Assembly: GCA_021788365.1 (NCBI GenBank)
Contig: JAJYKS010000003.1
Span: forward strand, 73,810-137,809
Length of the DNA: 64,000 bases
Reading direction: 5' to 3'
DNA from: a bacterium
GTDB taxonomy: Bacteria; Patescibacteriota; Microgenomatia; UBA1400; UBA12108
Shown here: positions 56,976-64,000 of the stretch, piece by piece
Layout: every line of letters starts with the position of its first letter
How positions within the stretch are numbered: the first letter of the stretch is position 1
The notes under the pieces: generated by a model
Told to the model about the DNA's origin: nothing
Seen by the model: only the letters and a program-made list of their open reading frames with translations
Databases searched by the model: none
Program-made: the position numbers and the translations under genes

Positions 56976-57380
56976 TTAGCCCTTTCTGGTGAGACCCCAG
57001 CAGTAGGCGAAGACGGCGAGAAGGAACCCTAGTGACATGAGGTAGGAGAAGATGTCTATTTGGGTGGAGACAAAGCGTTCCCCGCCTACCCACGAAAGGA
57101 GAATGCCGACAAGGCCGAGATAGGCGGGGATTTTCCAGGCAGCCGCCCGTAATTTCGCAGCGCGAACCACGAGGGCAACGGCGCCGAGGAGGAGGCCGGT
57201 GCCAATAACTACGTGGAGGGCAACGAACGGGTTGCCCATGGCGTAGATCCAGCGAGTGTGAATGTCGGCGGATTTGGAAAATTCGACAAAAAGATTAGCA
57301 TACATGCCGAGCGCGTACTGGATGGCTAGGAAAGAAAGAAGGCCATAGGTATGGTAGTGAAGTTTTTTGTTTGTGTCCAT
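56976..57380 (-). CDS. hypothetical membrane protein (four TM helices)
   Basis: 134 aa. Confidence 0.4.
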   Translation of the reverse strand: MDTNKKLHYHTYGLLSFLAIQYALGMYANLFVEFSKSADIHTRWIYAMGNPFVALHVVIGTGLLLGAVALVVRAAKLRAAAWKIPAYLGLVGILLSWVGGERFVSTQIDIFSYLMSLGFLLAVFAYCWGLTRKG

Positions 57381-57458
57381 AACTATAGACTATGATAGCA
57401 CTAGTTTATGATTTGTGCTTAAGTAGTGCTAGTAATGTTTAGCTAGAAAGGAGCCTTT

Positions 57459-57593
57459 ATGGCAGGATACGGAAACCGATCAGTGTGGCAGTGGATAGTG
57501 TTGTATCTGATAATCGGCGGCGCCATCTACTACGCCGTGTATTATTTCTTTTTTCGGCATACTGGATATAGCTACCCACGTTATTCATACTAA
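57459..57593 (+). CDS. hypothetical 44-aa membrane peptide (not in the ORF track)
   Basis: RBS aaaggag 5 nt upstream of the ATG; MAGYGNRSVWQWIVLYLIIGGAIYYAVYYFFFRHTGYSYPRYSY. Confidence 0.3.
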   Translation: MAGYGNRSVWQWIVLYLIIGGAIYYAVYYFFFRHTGYSYPRYSY

Positions 57594-57601
57594 GAAAATT
57601 T

Positions 57602-57979
57602 ATGCGTAGAGCGGCAAGTGTAGAGCAGTATATTGCTGAGTCGTCGGGAGAAGTGCGAGGGAGGCTCAGAGAGCTGCGCGCTCTTATACTGAAAACGGCT
57701 CCTGAGGCCGTGGAGTCGATTTCCTATGGTATGCCGTTTTATGCGTACCACGGGCGACTCGTGTACTTTGCCGCGCAGCACGGATATATTGGCCTCTATG
57801 TTCCACCTCCCATTATCGCCAATCACGCAAAAGAACTAGCAGGCTATACGACGACCAAGTCGGCAATCCATTTTCCTAAAGACGAAAAACTACCAACGAC
57901 TTTGATTACTCAACTTATCAAGGCGCGGATGCGACACAACGTGGCGGAAGAGCGATTGTGTGCAAAACATGTGAGGTAG
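57602..57979 (+). CDS. DUF1801 (YdhG-like) domain protein
   Basis: 125 aa; ISYGMPFYAYHGRLVYFAAQHGYIGLY pattern. Confidence 0.5.
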   Translation: MRRAASVEQYIAESSGEVRGRLRELRALILKTAPEAVESISYGMPFYAYHGRLVYFAAQHGYIGLYVPPPIIANHAKELAGYTTTKSAIHFPKDEKLPTTLITQLIKARMRHNVAEERLCAKHVR

Positions 57980-58008
57980 CTGCATGCGAGGCGTAAAATA
58001 ATCTGGCT

Positions 58009-59250
58009 ATGAACGAATTGACGCGGAGAGATTTTCTGAAGTTTGGTACGTTAATCGCTGGAAGTTTTTTGCTTGACGCGTGTGTTCCCAATATGCAGCC
58101 CTCTGAGGGGCAGCGGGAAGTGACGAAGAGCTACGAGGTGCATGATACGCGACTTGGGGCGGAGAATGTGCAATTTGCTCGTGATGGGAGGATGTTTGTG
58201 CGGGAGGCTGATAACCAATATCGTGCCTTTTTTACTCGTATGGTTCATGGAAGCGTAGGTACAGATCAGAACAACCCCGTAGGCTGGGAAAATGCAAAGG
58301 CCATGGGTGCGAATACGGTAACAATGTGTTTTGTAGACCGAGATGTGGTTATGCAGGGTATTAGAGATGCTGGTCTTAAAGTTGTCGTTCAATTTGAGTA
58401 CCTTTTCCCCAATATGCAGTACGACAAACAAACACTCGTCAATTTTATGGAGAAGTATGGCGATATGGTCGTTGGTTTTAGCTTGGATGAGCCTTTAACT
58501 GATCGGCCTCAGCCTGGTTGGGATCCGGCGAATGTAAAATCTCTGATTTCGCAGTTTACGACTGACTGCGCACTTCCAATCAATATTTTTACTATAGGCG
58601 TGACTGGATCTGACTCGCATGCACGAGCACAACGCCGTTATCTATTAGACATCATCGCTCTTGCAGAACGGAATGATAGCAAGTGTGTGTTGCTGCCAGA
58701 CAACTATGTGGACGTGTCAGAAAAGACGCGTGTCACTGACGATGTTCTAAATATCGGCATCCCTGGAGTGACCGACCCGTTAGAGGGGATCATAATTCCG
58801 GCTTTTTCTGACAAGCCGGATATACCTGGCGACCAAATACAGATTCTCCGCCAAACATTTGCCTATGCACTAGCGAACGATCACATCTTTTCTCTTGATT
58901 TCTATGATACGCCTTGGGATGTGAGTGAATATAATTTCACGGGAGCACGGGTGAATGGGGTTACAAACGCGTATGGGAGTACGCGTGAGGTACTAACGGG
59001 CTTACTTACGGCTATTGCTAAATACGAGGATATAAACATGGCACCGATGGATATATCCCAGGGAGGGCTTAAAGGCTGCAGGCGGGGAGATATCATTTCA
59101 TTGTTTAATGAATCTGATCAGAGTCGGCGGGGCAGCGTACAGCTGGATTCTGCTAAGACGTATACGGACTTATTAACGGGTACGACTTATCATGATGTGG
59201 CCGAGTTCGAGCTGACTCCATATACTGGTGTGGTGCTGTTACCGGGCTGA
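58009..59250 (+). CDS. hypothetical exported protein with a twin-arginine signal peptide
   Basis: N-terminal MNELTRRDFLKFGTLIAGSFLLDAC (Tat motif RRDFLK, possible lipobox LDAC); 413 aa; TIM-barrel-like glycosidase only speculative. Confidence 0.5.
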   Translation: MNELTRRDFLKFGTLIAGSFLLDACVPNMQPSEGQREVTKSYEVHDTRLGAENVQFARDGRMFVREADNQYRAFFTRMVHGSVGTDQNNPVGWENAKAMGANTVTMCFVDRDVVMQGIRDAGLKVVVQFEYLFPNMQYDKQTLVNFMEKYGDMVVGFSLDEPLTDRPQPGWDPANVKSLISQFTTDCALPINIFTIGVTGSDSHARAQRRYLLDIIALAERNDSKCVLLPDNYVDVSEKTRVTDDVLNIGIPGVTDPLEGIIIPAFSDKPDIPGDQIQILRQTFAYALANDHIFSLDFYDTPWDVSEYNFTGARVNGVTNAYGSTREVLTGLLTAIAKYEDINMAPMDISQGGLKGCRRGDIISLFNESDQSRRGSVQLDSAKTYTDLLTGTTYHDVAEFELTPYTGVVLLPG

Positions 59251-59259
59251 TGTAAAGCC

Positions 59260-59442
59260 TTAACCGTTCACGAATTTCCAGACGATGATAATGCCAATAA
59301 TGCCACCTACTGCGTTGCCGGTAACTGATGCATATGAAAGCCAACTGGCGCCCCACATGGTGGGTACCCAGCCACCGAGGTAGCCGCCGACAAATGCGGC
59401 AAGGTAGTACCAAAATTTATCGCTCACACACCAATGGTACAC
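59260..59442 (-). CDS. GlsB/YeaQ/YmgE-family small membrane protein (tentative)
   Basis: 60 aa; Gly-zipper pattern AAFVGGYLGGW...GNAVGGIIGIIIV. Confidence 0.45.
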   Translation of the reverse strand: MYHWCVSDKFWYYLAAFVGGYLGGWVPTMWGASWLSYASVTGNAVGGIIGIIIVWKFVNG

Positions 59443-59443
59443 C

Positions 59444-60220
59444 TCACGCTAGTTTGTTGGCGACGTGATCCCAGAGGAAGTTAAAAATCTGTTTGTAGGA
59501 GTTTATGAGGAGTTCATCGCGAATTTCGATACCATATTGGTCGCTGTCCGTTTTTAGGCTGCAGACAGTGAGAACATCGTTGTAAATCAAGGTTAAGCGG
59601 TCAAATTTAATCTTTTCTTCGTCCAAAGTTTTGGCTTCAACATTTTCCTCAAGGAAACCCGGGACATCTGACCATTTTAGAGGTTTGGGACGGTTGAAGA
59701 TAATTTTATTATGCATCCCACGACGCATAAACTCGGCTCGCCATTTCTCGGCGAAGCTGCGATCGGTGACGTGCTCTAGCTGTCCGGGACTGAAGCCGAT
59801 GACGAGAGGGGAACGGGAAAGAATAATGTTCCATAAAATTTGTTTTACCCCCTCTGACCCTTTGTACAAGTTAACTGTTTTGGGCGGCTCTTCGGTTATC
59901 TGTGAATTGCGAATTTTTTTGCTAAAATCGGGGAGATTTTTACGGAGATATTGGAGTTTTGCCGCCTCGTCTTCGAGGGTAAGCTCGAGAATTTTGGGGT
60001 CAGTGATTTTGTAAAGTGTGCTTTTACCAATTTTTTTAGAGATTACGAATCCTTTACCCATGAGGCGTTCGAGTTCGAGATAGATGGAGCTACGAGGCTC
60101 ATGAATGTGTTTGCTAATCTCTACCACCGTTGAGTCAGGGTGGGCGGCGAGATTCAAGTAAATTTCTCGTTGCTTTTCCGAGAGACCAAATTTTTCCAGA
60201 TATTCTGCTTCTGTCACCAT
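59444..60220 (-). CDS. TrmB-family transcriptional regulator
   Basis: N-terminal winged HTH (FGLSEKQREIYLNLAAHPDSTVVEISKHIHEPRSSIYLELERLMGKGFV); 258 aa. Confidence 0.7.
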   Translation of the reverse strand: MVTEAEYLEKFGLSEKQREIYLNLAAHPDSTVVEISKHIHEPRSSIYLELERLMGKGFVISKKIGKSTLYKITDPKILELTLEDEAAKLQYLRKNLPDFSKKIRNSQITEEPPKTVNLYKGSEGVKQILWNIILSRSPLVIGFSPGQLEHVTDRSFAEKWRAEFMRRGMHNKIIFNRPKPLKWSDVPGFLEENVEAKTLDEEKIKFDRLTLIYNDVLTVCSLKTDSDQYGIEIRDELLINSYKQIFNFLWDHVANKLA

Positions 60221-60295
60221 CTGTCAACAATTATGACATCACGTTGTAAGATGTCAAATACGATATATAGTAGGCGCTATCAGGGAGGCATTTTT

Positions 60296-61207
60296 ATGAA
60301 AAATAAAATAGTAGTTACGTGTCCGATGGGTCTTTCTCCGGAGCAAAAGGCTAGATTAGAGAAGCTGGGAGAAGTCACCTATTACGATACTCACCCTAGT
60401 GTCGAAGAATGGCTCGAACGTGCGAAAGGCCATGATATTGTTTGCTCGTGGATTGGTGGACTGCGAGAAAAATACGGCGAACTTCGAGATACATTCATTA
60501 GTGTGCCATTTGTGGGGGTGAGTAGCTTTGCCGACCCTGCGATTGTGAAGGCAAATAACCTAACAATTAGCAACAGCCCGGGGTGTAATCGACATGCCGT
60601 GTCTGAGTGGATAATCTACATGATGCTTTCGGCGACGAGGCATATAAGCGATTATGTTAATGTGCAAGATCCTGTGGCCGTCCCATTAGAAAACCCTTCT
60701 ATTGGGCTTGCGGGAAAGCACATAACAATCCTTGGGAAGGGTAGTGTGGGGTCAAGGGTGGGGGCGATCTGTGAGGCGTTGGAAATGAAAGTAGCATACT
60801 TTACCCGCGATGGTGATCTCCGAGCGAGCGTGAAGGATGCCGATATTGTGGTGGATGCCCTCAGCGCAAATCCGATCTCAAGGGGACTTTTGGGAAAAGA
60901 TTTTTTTGCAGCTATCAAGGACGGGGCAATATTTATCTCGGTGACAGTTGATTCAATTGTTGATATAGATGCAATGCTTGCTGCACTTGAAACGGGGAAG
61001 TTGTCCCGTGTTGCCCACGACGTCATGAATGCAAAGCTGGGAGATGCCCACGACCCTCTCTATGACAGGCTGCGACGTCATCCGAGAGTGCTTGCAACAC
61101 CACATATTGCTGCCTTTACCGACGTGACTACTACAATCGGCAACGACATGATGATAGACAACATCGAGGCGTGGCTCAAGGGTAAACCCATACATGTATT
61201 TGGTTAA
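60296..61207 (+). CDS. D-isomer-specific 2-hydroxyacid dehydrogenase family protein
   Basis: Start trimmed to MKNKIVVT; NAD-binding ILGKGSVGSRVGA; C-terminal catalytic region (ATPHIA). Confidence 0.7.
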   Translation: MKNKIVVTCPMGLSPEQKARLEKLGEVTYYDTHPSVEEWLERAKGHDIVCSWIGGLREKYGELRDTFISVPFVGVSSFADPAIVKANNLTISNSPGCNRHAVSEWIIYMMLSATRHISDYVNVQDPVAVPLENPSIGLAGKHITILGKGSVGSRVGAICEALEMKVAYFTRDGDLRASVKDADIVVDALSANPISRGLLGKDFFAAIKDGAIFISVTVDSIVDIDAMLAALETGKLSRVAHDVMNAKLGDAHDPLYDRLRRHPRVLATPHIAAFTDVTTTIGNDMMIDNIEAWLKGKPIHVFG

Positions 61208-61236
61208 CATATACTACTTTGTGAGAAAATAACCTC

Positions 61237-61821
61237 ATGCAGCAGTATTCGTATGACCCCATCGCAACGGCGTATTTGGCGGAGCGGGAGCGGCTCAAAA
61301 GCGGCAAGTATGTGCAGAAACTATTAAAGCTCCTGCCAAAACACGCGACCATACTCGACGTAGGGTGCGGGGCAGGGGTGCCGGTGGACGACCTACTCCT
61401 AAAAGCGGGCCACACCGTTCTTGGCATAGACAACTCTTCTGAGCAGATACGACTGGCACGTGGACGCTGCCCCGGCGGGGAATACGCCGTGCGCGATATG
61501 CGCGAACTGCGGGTGGGCGAGTACAGAGATGACGCCGTTGTCAGCTTTTACGCGCTCTTCCACGTACCGCGGGGCGAACACGCCAGGATTTTGTCGGTTT
61601 GGCGAAGTTACCTGCCAAAGGGCGGATATCTTTTGGCGACGTTTGGGGATCGGGAGTGGGAAGGGGAACACGAGCTGTATGGGACCACCGTGTGGAGCTC
61701 GCAGTGGGGGCGCCCCAAAAACAGAGTGCTTGTCGAGCGGGCCGGATTTGAGGTGATTGTGGACGAGGTGGACCGCTCCGGCGGCGAAAGCCACCAAGTT
61801 ATTTTGGCGAAAGCACGCTAA
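61237..61821 (+). CDS. class I SAM-dependent methyltransferase
   Basis: ILDVGCGAGVP motif I; 194 aa. Confidence 0.75.
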   Translation: MQQYSYDPIATAYLAERERLKSGKYVQKLLKLLPKHATILDVGCGAGVPVDDLLLKAGHTVLGIDNSSEQIRLARGRCPGGEYAVRDMRELRVGEYRDDAVVSFYALFHVPRGEHARILSVWRSYLPKGGYLLATFGDREWEGEHELYGTTVWSSQWGRPKNRVLVERAGFEVIVDEVDRSGGESHQVILAKAR

Positions 61822-61838
61822 CGTGATAGGGTAGACCT

Positions 61839-64000
61839 ATGCCCACCGGACTATCCAACCAACAAGCCGAGGCGCTCCGCGCGAAGTATGGCTACAACGA
61901 AATTCCCGAAAAGAAAGTGAGCCTGCTCGCCAAAATTTTTAAGAATATCTTTTCTCCCATTGGTCTCATGCTTATCTTTGCCGCAGCGTTGTCGTTTTTC
62001 CTCGGTAAAGATTTTGATGGGAACTTTATCCTAGTACTCCTCATTCTCAATGTGGTAATCACTCTTTGGCAGGAGGGGAAGGCCGACCAGGCTATACAGA
62101 AGCTAAACGAACATTTGGAGCAGAAAATCCGCGTCATGCGGGACGGGACGTGGGATTACCTCCCGTCGCGGCTCCTAGTCCCCGGCGACCTCGTACAATT
62201 GGCGTCTGGCGAAGTGGTACCCGCGGACGGGAGAGTCGAGGAGTCGCAGCACGGCTCCCTCAACGAATCGGCGATAACCGGTGAGTCGCTCCCCAAAGAC
62301 AAGGAGGCGGGCGACAGCGTGTATTCCGGCTCGTTTGTTGCCTCCGGTATTATCACCGTTTCTATTACTCATACCGGGGCGGGGACGAGCTTTGGTAAAA
62401 CATTGTTCTCCGTCGAACGCGTGCGCAAGCGCAGCGAACTGGAGCGCGATATCGTCTCCATCTCCCGCTTCCTCACCATTTTGGCGCTTGTCGCTGTGCT
62501 CATCCTCACCGTGGTTTTTATATTGAAGCGTGCCCCGTTCCTCGAACTTCTGACCCTTGACCTTTCGCTCATTATCGCTGGTATTCCCGTATCGCTCCCG
62601 ACAGTCATGACTCTTATCATCGAATTCGGGGTGCTGGCGCTGGCGAAAAAAGAGGTTATCATCCGGCGACTCTCGGCCCTGGAAGACCTGGCAAACGTCA
62701 CTTATTTATTAACCGATAAAACCGGTACACTAACGAAAAACCATATTACCGTACAAGATCTTTACTCATATGGAACATTCAGCCACGACGATATTTTGAC
62801 GTATGCCGCGACCCTTGCGCAGTACGAGAGCGATAATCCTATAGACGGTGCAATCTCCGCGCGAGCGCGTGAAGGTAATATCCCACTCCAAACTATTATC
62901 AAAAAAGATTTCACCCCGGCCGATTCCGAGCGAAAGCGTAGTACGCTGGTTGCCACGCGCGAGGGGAAGCCGCTTACCATTACGGTGGGGGCGCCGCAGA
63001 TCGTGGCAACGCTTGCCACCATGCCGAAGGACGAGGCGGCCAAGTATGCGCTCGACGTGCAAACCTTGGCTTCGAGCGGGTATCGCACGCTCGCTGTCGC
63101 CTATGCAGAGGGGGAGCGGGAAGAACGTATGCGGGTGGTGGGGCTCATCGCGCTCTCCGACACGCTGCGTGACGACGCCCCCGAGACCTTGCAGTTTTTG
63201 GAGGAAAACGGCGTGGACGTCACGATGGTGACCGGAGACAACCGCGCCATTGCCGGACAGATCGCGAACAAACTGCACCTCAAAGACGGGAAGGTGATAA
63301 CGAAAGACGAGCTCGACCGGGTGGGTCTCCAGGCCTTAACCGCCCAGTTCTTTGCCGAGACGGGGGCGTTTGCGGAAGTACTCCCGGCGGACAAATTCCA
63401 TCTGGTGGAGGCCGCTAAGCGCTATTTTGTCGTGGCAGCCAACGGCGACGGGATCAACGATTTACCCGCTGTCAAATCGGCGACTGTCGGGATGGCGGTG
63501 TCAAACGCGGTCACCGCGCTCAAGGCAACAGCCGACATAGTGCTGTTATCACCCGGCATTGCCGTCATAAAAGACGCGATTATCGAGAGTAGAAAAATAT
63601 TTGAGCGGGTCTATACCTATAGCTTGTACCGCATCTCCGAGAGTTTGCGCCTCATCGTGACCATCGCGATCCTCGGTATCCTCTACGGCGTGTACCCCAT
63701 GACGGCGCTCCAGATTATCCTCATTGCGTTCCTCAACGATATCCCCATCATTAGTTTGGCGTTTGACCGAATTCGTGTCACCAAGCGGCCGGCAAAGATC
63801 AACGCTAAAGTTCGTTTTACCTTGAGTAGCTTGTACGGACTCACGGGTGTTGCCAACAGCCTTCTTTTGTTTTATATAATGAGCGTCTTATTCCATCTTT
63901 CGTGGCCTGTCATCCAGACTATGTATTTCCTCAAGATGACCGTGTCGGGGCACATGCTCATTTATGTGGCGCATACCAAAGAACGATGGTGGAAATTCCT
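61839..64000 (+). CDS. P-type cation-transporting ATPase (partial, runs off the window end)
   Basis: ATG at 61839; TGES, DKTGTLT phosphorylation site, GDGINDLPA and further TM segments; no stop within the window. Confidence 0.85.
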   Translation, partial: MPTGLSNQQAEALRAKYGYNEIPEKKVSLLAKIFKNIFSPIGLMLIFAAALSFFLGKDFDGNFILVLLILNVVITLWQEGKADQAIQKLNEHLEQKIRVMRDGTWDYLPSRLLVPGDLVQLASGEVVPADGRVEESQHGSLNESAITGESLPKDKEAGDSVYSGSFVASGIITVSITHTGAGTSFGKTLFSVERVRKRSELERDIVSISRFLTILALVAVLILTVVFILKRAPFLELLTLDLSLIIAGIPVSLPTVMTLIIEFGVLALAKKEVIIRRLSALEDLANVTYLLTDKTGTLTKNHITVQDLYSYGTFSHDDILTYAATLAQYESDNPIDGAISARAREGNIPLQTIIKKDFTPADSERKRSTLVATREGKPLTITVGAPQIVATLATMPKDEAAKYALDVQTLASSGYRTLAVAYAEGEREERMRVVGLIALSDTLRDDAPETLQFLEENGVDVTMVTGDNRAIAGQIANKLHLKDGKVITKDELDRVGLQALTAQFFAETGAFAEVLPADKFHLVEAAKRYFVVAANGDGINDLPAVKSATVGMAVSNAVTALKATADIVLLSPGIAVIKDAIIESRKIFERVYTYSLYRISESLRLIVTIAILGILYGVYPMTALQIILIAFLNDIPIISLAFDRIRVTKRPAKINAKVRFTLSSLYGLTGVANSLLLFYIMSVLFHLSWPVIQTMYFLKMTVSGHMLIYVAHTKERWWKF

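Noticed and set aside
60140-60295. N-terminal 52-codon extension of the 2-hydroxyacid dehydrogenase ORF
   Set aside because: The extension overlaps the divergent TrmB gene and its promoter region; the Met at 60296 gives a canonical start.

Overview
This 64 kb window from a bacterial chromosome (about 50% GC) is densely coding, with many short genes and overlapping stop/start codons. The gene content is reminiscent of a small-genome Patescibacteria/CPR-like lineage: split transketolase, several class A PBPs, AdoCbl-dependent RNRs and a VirB4-like ATPase. This lineage assignment is inference only. The window has five parts. (1) 17-14.8 kb holds pentose-phosphate, glycolysis and nucleotide kinase genes (rpe, LOG, split tkt, pfkB kinase, ldh, cmk, gmk) and a cell-wall cluster in which two paralogous class A PBPs flank a GH18 hydrolase. 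(2) 16.2-26.2 kb is a nucleotide-metabolism island: nrdR with a candidate NrdR box, three tandem class II (B12-dependent) ribonucleotide reductase paralogs, two NUDIX genes, a MazG-like gene, maf and a cob(I)alamin adenosyltransferase. (3) 26.3-34.1 kb holds a VirB4-like ATPase, tRNA-Ile, a Xer-like tyrosine recombinase and an FtsB-like gene. Next to these, a roughly 2.2 kb segment (NUDIX, two tRNA-Arg, a membrane protein, udk) is bracketed by long inverted repeats of about 140-200 bp that carry internal 58-bp tandem units. tRNA-Ser follows. (4) dnaG-rpoD is followed by tRNA-Asn, and immediately after it an integrated element of about 11.7 kb (38.4-50.1 kb). Its large serine recombinase ORF reads into the tRNA 3' half. 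It carries a Gabija-like gajA/gajB pair (OLD ATPase-TOPRIM plus UvrD helicase), an HExxH membrane protein behind a long structured leader, a tightly coupled small-gene operon, iteron-like repeats, and a nucleotidyltransferase-fold gene flanked by 25-bp direct repeats beside a TM protein and an HTH protein. (5) 50.1-64 kb is housekeeping: ADH, ComB-like, M23, ddl, DEAD-box helicase, TrmB, 2-hydroxyacid DH, a SAM methyltransferase and a partial P-type ATPase. The most novel-looking items are the accessory island with its NTase-centred module next to Gabija, the inverted-repeat-bracketed tRNA/NUDIX/udk segment, and small palindromic repeats inserted in-frame in coding sequences (nrdJ3, NUDIX). 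All protein calls rest on motif recognition by eye; no searches were run.
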